A stretch of 60,568 nucleotides of DNA, filler included. It is 6 parts of 6 records of this genome, joined end to end, with 100 filler letters (N's around TTAATTAATTAA, not from the genome) between each part and the next. Parts side by side here need not be neighbours in the genome. Positions count along the whole stretch, not along the records: positions 1 to 12,197 come from SRR31156797_4174; 5 more parts are not named here. One strand, written 5' to 3'. The position numbers were made by a program, and so were the translations under genes. This document shows positions 1 through 8,945 of this stretch, piece by piece. Under the pieces are notes generated by a model. It was not told where the DNA came from and did not search any database. It worked only from the letters and a program-made list of their open reading frames with translations. Numbering within the stretch: the stretch's first letter is position 1; the number at the start of each line of letters is the position of its first letter.

Positions 1-41
1 TCTGGTGGATTGGGGTGTGGTTATTGCGGGCTAACTCACAG
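1..41 (+). repeat. Partial copy (cut by the window start) of the degenerate intergenic element also at 1275, 4009 and 4858
   Basis: Ungapped alignment of 1-41 with 4029-4069 gives 28/41 identities, mismatches mostly transitions. Confidence 0.6.
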
Positions 42-75
42 CTTCTACTGCATATAATCCCCAAAAGGTGGCAAC

Positions 76-732
76 ATGATTCACGATAATCCGATTCTGG
101 CAACATGGTCATCAGTAACTGAGACCTCTAAAGTCTTTCCCGTTATGCCCGATGGTTGCCGCGACTTGATCATCAAACAGAACCCGGGCTGCCCGCAGCA
201 CTTATTTGTCTCACGCCTCATGTCCAAACCCCAGAAGATTTTTGCTCAAAAAGGAACTACATTTATCGGGATTCGGCTCAAGCCCGGTGCGACAATTGCG
301 GCTCATATGCTCAGCGGTCGTCCCCTGCCGGATTCTATACAAGGGCTGACCGAATTGGCATATGATACCGCTTCTGTATCTGGTGATGTCTCGGATATGA
401 TGCTCTGCTTAGCTTTAGCGGCGTCACCCGCAACAGCTGCTAACAATTTAGGCGTAAGTCTGCGTACATTGCAGCGCCACACCATGAAGATGACTGGGCG
501 GAATCCCGACTTTTGGCGCAGGCTGGCCCGGGCGCGAAAGGCCGCCCGGTGTATCTTGTCCGGATCTCTTTTGCATGAAGCTGCCCAAGCGTGCCATTTT
601 TCAGACCAAGCCCACATGACACGGGAGTTGAAATGCTGGTTTTCCATGACTCCCGGCGAGATCGCCGCCAACCGCGATGAGAACCGCCATCCTGCGTGGA
701 GCATCACCCACCTTGGCTATGATGCCCCGTGA
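76..732 (+). CDS. AraC-family transcriptional regulator (DUF6597-like N-terminus + HTH)
   Basis: N-terminal VMPDGCRDL motif; C-terminal SLRTLQRH and FSDQAHMTRE AraC HTH motifs. Confidence 0.85.
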   Translation: MIHDNPILATWSSVTETSKVFPVMPDGCRDLIIKQNPGCPQHLFVSRLMSKPQKIFAQKGTTFIGIRLKPGATIAAHMLSGRPLPDSIQGLTELAYDTASVSGDVSDMMLCLALAASPATAANNLGVSLRTLQRHTMKMTGRNPDFWRRLARARKAARCILSGSLLHEAAQACHFSDQAHMTRELKCWFSMTPGEIAANRDENRHPAWSITHLGYDAP

Positions 733-1106
733 ACCGGCGAGCAGATTTCAACCAAAAAACCGTTGTTGTCGACGACATAGGCTGTGGTCTGACCCCACGC
801 TTCCTCGCGCACCTCTTGCACCACAGTAGCTCCTACAGACCGGGCTTTCTCAAGGGCGGCAGCTACATCGTGCGTTTCAAAGGCGATTTCAAAAATTGGA
901 GATGCGGGATCGGGGGTGCCGGGAGATTTACCGAGCTCAGTCATGAGTCGGCGCGATGAAAAAGACAATGTTGTGGTTCCGGTATCCAGCTCGCCATAGT
1001 CTCCTGACTCATGGATCATAGTGCGTCGCAGCCCAAAAACCTGCTCATAAAACTCAATGGTTCTGGTCACGTCCTCAACGTAGAGGATGGCATATTTTAA
1101 AATCAT
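717..1106 (-). CDS. VOC/glyoxalase-family protein
   Basis: YAILYVEDV...FYE, EIAFET, WGQTTAYVVDNNGFLVEI; GGAG RBS. Confidence 0.9.
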   Translation of the reverse strand: MILKYAILYVEDVTRTIEFYEQVFGLRRTMIHESGDYGELDTGTTTLSFSSRRLMTELGKSPGTPDPASPIFEIAFETHDVAAALEKARSVGATVVQEVREEAWGQTTAYVVDNNGFLVEICSPVHGAS

Positions 1107-1274
1107 TATACGCTCCTTTATTTTTTTTCGAATTTATTACCATTCCACATTTTAGTCTTGAATAATCGCGACAAGATCTGTTTTTTTTTGTTACGCATAG
1201 AGACTTCTACACAAGTTCATTGACGACCAAAGTTTACCGTTTTACCACTCTTATCAATATCATCGGCCTACCCC

Positions 1275-1322
1275 TTGCGCGGAGAATTGAAAGTCTGATG
1301 GATGGGGAATGATTGTTCCAGG
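1275..1322 (+). repeat. Copy of degenerate intergenic element
   Basis: TTGCGCGGAGAATTGAAAGTCTGATGGATGGGGAATGATTGTT matches the 4009 and 4858 copies. Confidence 0.7.
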
Positions 1323-1347
1323 CCAAAATTGAACACGGAGGCATTCA

Positions 1348-2202
1348 ATGAAAGATTTTACCATCCGCACCATGACTAGAGACGAACTGGACTTGGCCGT
1401 GGATATGGCCGCTAAAGAAGGATGGAATCCGGGTTTAAATGATGCGGACGTCTTTTATGCTCAAGATCCGGAAGGCTTTCTTGTCGGACTGCTGGACGAA
1501 ACCCCAATTGGTTGCATATCTGCTATAAGCTATGGTGGTATCTTCGGATTTATCGGATTTTACATTGTTGCCCCGCCCCATCGGGGCAAAGGATACGGTA
1601 TACAACTCTGGCGGGCAGCCATGGATAGAATGCAGGGGCATGTTGTCGGCCTTGACGGCGTCTTCGAGCAACAAGAGAACTATGGCAAAAGCGGCTTTGA
1701 CTTCCAATACAGCAATATTCGATTTGAGTTCCGCAACACCCTACAGGGCGTAACACCACACTCAACTTCAGAACTGATCAAAGCCGACCCGAGTATGACG
1801 GATGAGCTTTTATCTTATGAATCTAAGCTCTTCCCCTGCACAAGAGAAACTTTTTTATCCAAATGGCTAACCCTTCCAAACTCTGTCGCACTTGCATCCT
1901 ACTCAGAAGGACGCATCAACGGATATGGTGTAATACGACGATGCCGTTCCGGGAGCAAAATAGGCCCTCTTTTCGCTGATAACGGAGAAATCGCAGATAT
2001 CTTGTTCCAGAACCTTTGTGCAAGTGTGGACGCCGATTCATTAGTATACCTTGATGTACCGGAGATAAACGCCCAGGGTTTGGCGTTGGCTGAACGGTAT
2101 CACATGGAAAAAGTATTTGGGACGGCGCGCATGTATGCGGGACCTGCCCCGGATTTGGATGTGAACCGCATCTTTGGCGTCACAACATTTGAACTTGGAT
2201 GA
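1348..2202 (+). CDS. GNAT N-acetyltransferase, YitH-like two-domain type
   Basis: EGWNPG, acetyl-CoA motif HRGKGYG, KIGPLFAD, C-terminal FGVTTFELG. Confidence 0.9.
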   Translation: MKDFTIRTMTRDELDLAVDMAAKEGWNPGLNDADVFYAQDPEGFLVGLLDETPIGCISAISYGGIFGFIGFYIVAPPHRGKGYGIQLWRAAMDRMQGHVVGLDGVFEQQENYGKSGFDFQYSNIRFEFRNTLQGVTPHSTSELIKADPSMTDELLSYESKLFPCTRETFLSKWLTLPNSVALASYSEGRINGYGVIRRCRSGSKIGPLFADNGEIADILFQNLCASVDADSLVYLDVPEINAQGLALAERYHMEKVFGTARMYAGPAPDLDVNRIFGVTTFELG

Positions 2203-2271
2203 TTCAATACTTCCTTGTCAATTTGAATTCATACCGGAGCATGGTCCTAGGACTCCCACAAAATGGAAGAC

Positions 2272-3051
2272 TTAAAGCAATTTTGCGGCCTCCTCAATGT
2301 ACTGCCGTCTGTTTGATGGACTTGGGTGGGTGCTTAAGAAATAGAGCTGATCAGTATCAGTTTTCATTTGTTCCAGTTTTTTCATGAACGCAATTGCCCC
2401 TTTTGTGCTGCCAGTCGCTTTGTACAGCAACTTAACTGCAAAAAGATCAGCATCACGCTCTTGGGAACGCGAGTAAGCGAACTCCATACTATCGGTAAGA
2501 CTACTCATAGCACTACCGGAAATGTCATCGCCAGAGTTAAAAACCATACTATACAGAAGAAGGGAGAGTAGCCCACGTCCCTGCATACGCAGATGGTCCC
2601 TGTGATGAAAATGACCCAACTCGTGTGCAAGTACGAAAAGAATCTCTTCATCAGTCTCAAGCTGTTCCAAAAGGCCTGCAAAAAAAACAATCCTCCCCCC
2701 CGGCAAAGCAACAGCGTTGACCGTATCCTCTTCCATGACAGAAACAGAATAGTCCAGCCTGCTATCATCTTCCTCTAAATAAGGGGTTAATAAATGCAAC
2801 AAGTGTTGCATTTTTTGAACTTTGGGGTGCGAATTATATGTCGGAAACCGCTTCGAGAACACGGAGCCCATCTTACGCTCCCAAGATGGAGGAATGTATC
2901 CGGCAAGAGCATCCACAGCCACGCCAGCTACAGCATAGGCCATTAATAAAATTATGACTGATGCGAGTAAAAGGACAAGACACTGCCACAACTGTGAATG
3001 CTTCGAGACATTAACCTCTTCTGTAAGAGGCTTAGATTTGTAATTAATCAT
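2272..3051 (-). CDS. M48-family zinc metallopeptidase
   Basis: N-terminal TM; NAVALPGG, HELGH, YSRSQERDAD, LSTHP. Confidence 0.9.
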   Translation of the reverse strand: MINYKSKPLTEEVNVSKHSQLWQCLVLLLASVIILLMAYAVAGVAVDALAGYIPPSWERKMGSVFSKRFPTYNSHPKVQKMQHLLHLLTPYLEEDDSRLDYSVSVMEEDTVNAVALPGGRIVFFAGLLEQLETDEEILFVLAHELGHFHHRDHLRMQGRGLLSLLLYSMVFNSGDDISGSAMSSLTDSMEFAYSRSQERDADLFAVKLLYKATGSTKGAIAFMKKLEQMKTDTDQLYFLSTHPSPSNRRQYIEEAAKLL

Positions 3052-3515
3052 TTATTGTATTTCAGTGCTGTGCCGTAGGCAAAGGCCTCAATCGAACCAA
3101 CGCGATTCTTCCTGCCCTTACTGATAGACGAAGTCTCAATGCGAATATTTACGATAACATCCATGGCAGAGGCCTGTTCCTGCATACGCAAAAGCGCTTC
3201 CCGACGAGCTCTGTCCAACAAAGATTCATATGGTGCCACCCGCCCTCCAAAAAAATTAATAAGGCTGGCAAGAAAGCGTTTGAAATAATCAGTGGCAATC
3301 ACAACATTCCCCATGACCAGTCGAGAATCAACGACATCGCCGTCATCATCAAAACTCTTGATCCCAATAACCACGGGCTGTTCAATAAACTGCTCTTCGC
3401 GTTCGCGGATTGAGCGATAATGTTTGGCTTCCAAAGTTCTGCCAACCATGAAGCCCAATAATATCAAAACTAGAAAAGGAGCTACTTGCAAGGAAAATGA
3501 AATCAGCTCATCCAT
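3048..3515 (-). CDS. YbjQ (UPF0145)-family protein with N-terminal membrane anchor
   Basis: FFGGRVAPYESLLDRARREALLRM, AYGTA; ATG 3515 with GGAGG RBS. Confidence 0.85.
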   Translation of the reverse strand: MDELISFSLQVAPFLVLILLGFMVGRTLEAKHYRSIREREEQFIEQPVVIGIKSFDDDGDVVDSRLVMGNVVIATDYFKRFLASLINFFGGRVAPYESLLDRARREALLRMQEQASAMDVIVNIRIETSSISKGRKNRVGSIEAFAYGTALKYNK

Positions 3516-3528
3516 AATATGCCTCCGG

Positions 3529-3843
3529 CTATTTAACCGACACGGCGGTACCGTAGGCATAAAGTTCAGAAGCTCCATACGCTACAGAAGACGTTGCGAA
3601 ACGCACGTTCACGATAGCAGTAGCACCTTTTTGTTGCGCTTGAGAGATCATACGTTGCAGGGCCTCATCACGCGCTTCCTGCAACAGTTCGGTATACCCC
3701 TTCAACTCGCCCCCGACAAAACTCTTCAGTCTAGCCATCAAATCCCGGCCAAAATGTTTTGCCCGAACAGTACTGCCCGAAACAAGTCCATAATGTTCAA
3801 CAATGGTTTTGCCCGGCACATTTTCAATATTGCTCAAAATCAT
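3529..3843 (-). CDS. YbjQ (UPF0145)-family protein
   Basis: GLVSGSTVRAKHFGRD, VGGELKGYTELL, AYGTAV; ATG 3843 with AAGGAG RBS. Confidence 0.92.
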   Translation of the reverse strand: MILSNIENVPGKTIVEHYGLVSGSTVRAKHFGRDLMARLKSFVGGELKGYTELLQEARDEALQRMISQAQQKGATAIVNVRFATSSVAYGASELYAYGTAVSVK

Positions 3844-4008
3844 AAAAAACTCCTTCAAATAGGTAAGAGGATTGCACAATTGTTTTTCCCAACTCGATAT
3901 AGACTATCACAGTAGTCATGTGAAGAAAAAAATAATCAAAACCACAACTACAACGCAATTACAGGTATTTAAATAACGAATGCGAGAAAGCGCGTCACAG
4001 TCCTGCCT

Positions 4009-4069
4009 TTAACGCGGGTGATCGAAAGTTTGATGGATAGAAATGTAATTGTTGCGGGATGAGTGACAG
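4009..4069 (+). repeat. Copy of degenerate intergenic element
   Basis: TTAACGCGGGTGATCGAAAGTTTGATGGATAGAAATGTAATTGTTGCGGG. Confidence 0.7.
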
Positions 4070-4251
4070 AAAAAGTTGCTACCATCCTCATAAACTGAAA
4101 CAGGCAGGTCGAAGGCTATTTTTTTGAATTCTGATTGATCCGCTATACCAGATAGCATATTATCATGCTGATAGTCTTCTCGCTATCATATGTATTCTCT
4201 TGAGGTAGGCAGGAAGAATCTTTTACTTCCATCAAAATCAAGGAGAGAAAA

Positions 4252-4638
4252 ATGATTAAGAAAATCTTTTTGCTATCAGTGCTGCTGACCTTCTGCTTAA
4301 CTTTTTTCATGAGCGCAGCTCTAGCTGAGTCTAAAAATGCACAAGGATCTTATTCGAGCATGAAGTTTGAAGTTGAGAAATTTACAAACGAGTGTATGGA
4401 TCAGTGCAGCAAAGGCGACAAAATCGATGACAACTGCCTACACAAATGTATTAAAACAAAAACAGACAGATATGTAGACACTACATACAATGCACTCAAT
4501 CAGTCCTGCAAACAAAAATGCGACAACATGCTGGATAGATGCATAAAAGGTTGTCAGTCAGGAACAGGGAAGTCTAGGGCATATTGTTACGTCGGATGTA
4601 ATGCAGAGTACGGAATTTGCCGTGCCTTCTGCTGGTAA
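4252..4638 (+). CDS. Secreted Cys-rich protein with six CxxxC motifs, function unknown
   Basis: AAGGAG RBS, Sec signal peptide ending ALA, 12 Cys in the mature part, own terminator. Confidence 0.85.
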   Translation: MIKKIFLLSVLLTFCLTFFMSAALAESKNAQGSYSSMKFEVEKFTNECMDQCSKGDKIDDNCLHKCIKTKTDRYVDTTYNALNQSCKQKCDNMLDRCIKGCQSGTGKSRAYCYVGCNAEYGICRAFCW

Positions 4639-4684
4639 ATAATGTTAAAGTTTGCGCATTTTATAATGCTAAGATAGACCTACC

Positions 4685-4720
4685 CACCCCAAGTAGCACC
4701 GCATGCTCTTGGGGTGTTTT
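4685..4720 (+). terminator. Intrinsic terminator
   Basis: CACCCCAAG(t)AGCA / TGCTCTTGGGGTG stem followed by TTTT. Confidence 0.75.
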
Positions 4721-4857
4721 ATTATAGTTACCAACTCACCATTCAGATAACATTGATGACAAAATCATCACCACATAAGCCTCAATTCTCATAACCTTAA
4801 ATACAACTACAAATATTTATATAAGACTATTTCTGATCAACATCATTAGAAGAACTT

Positions 4858-4894
4858 TTAGCGCGGGTAATTGAAAATCTAATAGATTGGAAAT
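4858..4894 (+). repeat. Copy of degenerate intergenic element
   Basis: TTAGCGCGGGTAATTGAAAATCTAATAGATTGGAAAT. Confidence 0.7.
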
Positions 4895-5038
4895 TGACTT
4901 AACAACGCACCGGAAAATATTGACGTAAAAACGTCATACCAACACAAAGATTTCTTGGCTCAACCCGGCCTATCATGATAAATTTATACTGATAAAAAAT
5001 GACAAAACCTCTCAAGAGAGTAATTCGTAGGTATAGAC

Positions 5039-5965
5039 ATGATCAAAATAGAAGAAGTCCAAAAAAGACTCACCGCAAACCCCAACCGTACGGATGTAAA
5101 AGCATGCCTTCAGGAGGCCAATTCATTGGCCAGAGGGCGAGATGCCCTTTTAAGCATCAAATTTTTAATTCTTTCAATTTTTGGACTTCTTAAAATCAAA
5201 GATCTGACCAAACCGGAGAGAAATGCCTTCAATGGTGATATAGGAAAAGTATTGGGAAGAATTGATCTCATGCCTATTGTGAAAGAGGCAACCAGTGGAG
5301 ATTCTTCTTTGATGAGTACGTTTGAAAATGAAGGGCTGAAAAATATTTTCACCCGATTGCAAACACTCACCAAGGACATAAAAAGAGTTGAGAAAGAAGC
5401 AACTCAAAAAAAACTTTTAGAAAACGAAAAAAAATTAAACGTAGAACTTGCTGCAATCTCCAGGGAACTTGAAAAAGGGCACGTCGCTGCCGCCAAAAAT
5501 AAAGCTGACCGACTTTTAGACAGCCATCCAAAAAACAAATCAGAATTCTTAGATAAAATTATACCGATTTTTGAAGAAAAAGAATCCATCAAAGGTTGGT
5601 GGCACTATCTACAGCTGCGTTATGATCCGAAGGAATGTAATCTGGAGGAAGCCAGATATTGTGCGTCCAAAATCGCCAAAATCAAGAGTCTTGATGATCC
5701 CAAAAACGCACAGAACTGGTACCGCAATAATCTGGATTATCGCCTCAGAGCGTGGGAACTAACCCCTAAAGAAGATCAAGCTGAAATCGATTCGGTAGTC
5801 GAAGCTTGTTACAATCTCGCTATTTGCGTTTATTATTGCAGAGAAGAAATTAACGGTATGAGGCCTCGAATTTTTGGACGAGCCTTAATAGAAGAAGGAC
5901 TTAAATTTGCGCCAGATTCTCCCCATCTAATAAAGATGGCTAAAACATTCGGAGCTAGGTTCTAA
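5039..5965 (+). CDS. Helical protein with degenerate TPR-like C-terminus
   Basis: 308-aa ORF with central coiled coil; ACYNLAICVYY...ALIEEGLKFAPDS resembles a TPR. Confidence 0.6.
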   Translation: MIKIEEVQKRLTANPNRTDVKACLQEANSLARGRDALLSIKFLILSIFGLLKIKDLTKPERNAFNGDIGKVLGRIDLMPIVKEATSGDSSLMSTFENEGLKNIFTRLQTLTKDIKRVEKEATQKKLLENEKKLNVELAAISRELEKGHVAAAKNKADRLLDSHPKNKSEFLDKIIPIFEEKESIKGWWHYLQLRYDPKECNLEEARYCASKIAKIKSLDDPKNAQNWYRNNLDYRLRAWELTPKEDQAEIDSVVEACYNLAICVYYCREEINGMRPRIFGRALIEEGLKFAPDSPHLIKMAKTFGARF

Positions 5966-6098
5966 GATCGCACAGGGACTTATAACTTTAATTCTCCGCA
6001 ACGACACAAGGAACAGGCACTTGGAGTAGTCTGCAGCAAAAATTGCTAAAGTTCAAAGCTTTGTGATATGCAAATATAAATATAACAAGGAGCTTTTA

Positions 6099-6464
6099 AT
6101 GCAAAAGACGCTGACCTTAACCATTCTTAGTCTACTATTCATCTCGCTGATACTGCTTCAAAGCAACATTGCAAAAGCTGAAAGTGCAATAGGAGAAGGA
6201 GTGGAGTACATGTGCTGTAAACAGTATAAATTACCCAAAGGGTCGTATAAGGATTCTTGCTGGAACATAAAATGGACAATCCCAGGCGTGAAGTATGAAG
6301 GTGGGAAACTGACCCATTGCAGCGATAAATTCATTGCAAGATGTAAGTCTGAAACACCAACGGAAACAGGCCGATACTCCCGCCTTAATGGTATCCCATG
6401 CAGCAAAGTCATTGAATGTAACTTTAGACTCAAAAATGTTGATGGAAGACTGGAGTGCGAATAA
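6099..6464 (+). CDS. Secreted Cys-rich protein with CVNH/cyanovirin-like lectin module
   Basis: AAGGAG RBS before ATG 6099; signal peptide ending AKA; PKGSYKDSCWNI...ARC...LKNVDGRLEC pattern. Confidence 0.65.
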   Translation: MQKTLTLTILSLLFISLILLQSNIAKAESAIGEGVEYMCCKQYKLPKGSYKDSCWNIKWTIPGVKYEGGKLTHCSDKFIARCKSETPTETGRYSRLNGIPCSKVIECNFRLKNVDGRLECE

Positions 6465-6503
6465 AGTCAGCTAGGAATATTTATCAGCAAGTATTAATAT
6501 ATT

Positions 6504-6531
6504 GGGACAGCGGGAAAAGCACCACTGTCCC
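6504..6531. terminator. Hairpin between convergent genes, likely terminator
   Basis: GGGACAGCGG / CCACTGTCCC, 9 of 10 complementary. Confidence 0.55.
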
Positions 6532-6554
6532 TTGTTCATTACCAGCGCGCAAAA

Positions 6555-7052
6555 CTAACCCTGATAAGCCCCGGCAGAGTATGTCAGTTCATAACTGTGA
6601 CTGTAAATCTCAACGATGTTACCAAAGGGATCTTCACAATAAACCATGCGGTAGGGTTTATCACCGGGATAATATTCACGGACAGGCATTCTCTGTTTAC
6701 CTCCGTTAGCTACAATTTCAGCAGCCAGCCCTTCAACATCAGGGTCTTGAACTGAATAGTGGAACACACCTGTTTTCCAGTATTCAAAATTATTTTCCCG
6801 GCGCTCTGAATTGGGAAATTCAAAAAGCTCAACACCGATTTTATCACCAGTGGAAAGGTGCGCGATCTTAAAGCTCCCCCAACCTTCGCCGAAGACATCA
6901 TTACACATGACACCTATTGCAGAATCGTCTTGCTTGATTTCAGTCGGCTCCATAATCAAATACCAGCCCATTACCTTCGTGTAGAATTTGACAGCTTCTT
7001 CAAGATTGGTCACGGTTATACCGATATGGGAAAAATTTCTGGGATATGTCAT
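6555..7052 (-). CDS. Lactoylglutathione lyase-like VOC protein
   Basis: FSHIGITV, GVELFEF, FHYSVQDPD, EDPFGNIVEIY; AAGGAG RBS before ATG 7052. Confidence 0.9.
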   Translation of the reverse strand: MTYPRNFSHIGITVTNLEEAVKFYTKVMGWYLIMEPTEIKQDDSAIGVMCNDVFGEGWGSFKIAHLSTGDKIGVELFEFPNSERRENNFEYWKTGVFHYSVQDPDVEGLAAEIVANGGKQRMPVREYYPGDKPYRMVYCEDPFGNIVEIYSHSYELTYSAGAYQG

Positions 7053-7202
7053 TTCATTCTCCTTTTGAGATTTTGTTTTGAATGAGAAGAAAATAACCAA
7101 CTGAAATTATTCTGCAAGAAGGCACTATTTTATTCGTGACGCACCAATTGGTAAGAATTAAATGATCTTAAGGATATTTAAAAAAAACTTTTTTTAAGAA
7201 AT

Positions 7203-7535
7203 ATGATTTCATACAACGGAAAAGAATACCGCTGCCCGGTCGAAGTTACCATGGGCATGATCAGTGGAAAGTGGAAAAGTTTGATTCTGTGGCATCTGCA
7301 CGAAGGTCCAGTGCGTTATAAACAACTGGAACGGATAGTACCCGGTGTAAGCCAGAAAATGCTTACTCAGCAGCTTAAAGAAATGGAACATGACAAACTG
7401 CTGAGAAGGACAGTTTATCCAGAAGTGCCTCCCCGGGTTGAATATGAATTAACCGAGTTGGGGCATAGCGTGTTCCCAATTCTTGAAACAATGCACAACT
7501 GGGCCATGGATAAACTAGAAATTAAACAGGAGTGA
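7203..7535 (+). CDS. HxlR-family winged-helix regulator
   Basis: CPVE...GKWK, SQKMLTQQLKEME, VPPRVEYELT; divergent from the VOC gene. Confidence 0.93.
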   Translation: MISYNGKEYRCPVEVTMGMISGKWKSLILWHLHEGPVRYKQLERIVPGVSQKMLTQQLKEMEHDKLLRRTVYPEVPPRVEYELTELGHSVFPILETMHNWAMDKLEIKQE

Positions 7536-7552
7536 GAACTCAAACGACAGGA

Positions 7553-8185
7553 CTAATCTGCTTCATTCAGGAGATCTAAATCGCACCCGACAATAGCTCT
7601 TAAATTTCGGGTGACCTTTTCCGGGGTCCAATCCCACCATGCAATTCTAAGCAATTCAGAGATAGTCTCTTCGTCAAACCTACGCCGAATCAATCTGGCA
7701 GGATTCCCTGCAATTATGCTGTAAGGAGGAAATTCCTTCGTAACTACTGATTTTGCTCCAACCACACATCCATGGCCTAAAGTCACGCCGGGCATAATAG
7801 TGGAACCATAACCAATCCATACATCATTTCCAATACAAGTATCTTTTGCAGAGGGCGTAAGTTCAGCATCAGCCATTCCCTCTTCCCAACCTGAACCAAA
7901 AATAAAAAATGGATACGTAGAGAAAGCTCCTAGCGCATGGTTTCCACCATTCATAATAAATGTAGTCTTACGCGCTATTGAGCAATATTTACCAATGACA
8001 AGTTTGTCTCCGATAAAATCGAAATGATATAGGATGTTGTCAAAAAATCTTTCAGGCCCCTCAGGATCATCATAATAGGTATAATCACCAATAATAATAT
8101 TAGGATCATCACAATAATTCTTAATATATGAAACCTGAGAAAAACCTTTCATGGGATGTTTTAAATCAGAATTAGGTCCATTCAT
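7553..8185 (-). CDS. Vat/CatB-family hexapeptide O-acetyltransferase
   Basis: [41 protein letters not shown]. Confidence 0.92.
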   Translation of the reverse strand: MNGPNSDLKHPMKGFSQVSYIKNYCDDPNIIIGDYTYYDDPEGPERFFDNILYHFDFIGDKLVIGKYCSIARKTTFIMNGGNHALGAFSTYPFFIFGSGWEEGMADAELTPSAKDTCIGNDVWIGYGSTIMPGVTLGHGCVVGAKSVVTKEFPPYSIIAGNPARLIRRRFDEETISELLRIAWWDWTPEKVTRNLRAIVGCDLDLLNEAD

Positions 8186-8309
8186 AAGCTGTGAATTAGT
8201 TCAATTCGAATTCAAACACAACCGCCCCACTCTCCAGCATCACACAGAACACTTGCCTCAAATTATTTCGTGACTATTATGACTACAACCCAATCTAATG
8301 GAGCAGAAT

Positions 8310-8930
8310 ATGATCAGCTATGAATTTCTAGTTACAGCACTAGTGGTGGTACTTATACCAGGCACAGGAGTCATCTACACAGTATCCAATGGTTTATTCC
8401 TTGGAAAAAAAGCCAGCCTTGCTGCTGCAGCAGGCTGCACTACCGGAATAATCCCCCACCTCACTGCATCCACTCTGGGATTGTCCGCAATCCTGCACAT
8501 GAGCGCGCTCGCTTTTCAATTGATGAAATTTGCAGGGGCAGCCTACTTGCTCTACCTTGCATGGTCCACTTGGAAAGATACAGGAGGCTTAAATTTCAAT
8601 AAACCCGGTGAAAATAAAAACATACAATTATGGCAGATTGCTAAACGCGGATTTCTCATAAACATACTCAACCCGAAGCTATCCATATTCTTTCTTGCTT
8701 TTTTACCTCTGTTCGTTCCGCAAGAAGCAAACTCCCCCACCATGCATATGATTGCCTTAAGTGCTGTCTTCATGGCTATGACTCTTGTAGTATTCATAGC
8801 ATACGGCCTTTGTGCCACAGGCGTACGCTGTCAGGTAATGTCTTCACCTAACATTATACGCTGGATGCAAAGATCATTTGCGGTCATCTTTGCCGCTCTT
8901 GGGTTGAAACTTGCTGTAGCGGAGCAGTAG
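8310..8930 (+). CDS. LysE/RhtB-family exporter
   Basis: IPGTG, GAAYLLYLAW, NILNPK; multiple TM helices. Confidence 0.92.
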   Translation: MISYEFLVTALVVVLIPGTGVIYTVSNGLFLGKKASLAAAAGCTTGIIPHLTASTLGLSAILHMSALAFQLMKFAGAAYLLYLAWSTWKDTGGLNFNKPGENKNIQLWQIAKRGFLINILNPKLSIFFLAFLPLFVPQEANSPTMHMIALSAVFMAMTLVVFIAYGLCATGVRCQVMSSPNIIRWMQRSFAVIFAALGLKLAVAEQ

Positions 8931-8945
8931 GGAGAGGGGGGCTGT

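Noticed and set aside
4252..4638. Multiheme cytochrome c or radical-SAM RiPP precursor
   Set aside because: No CxxCH motif, it has a Sec signal peptide, and no maturase gene is adjacent
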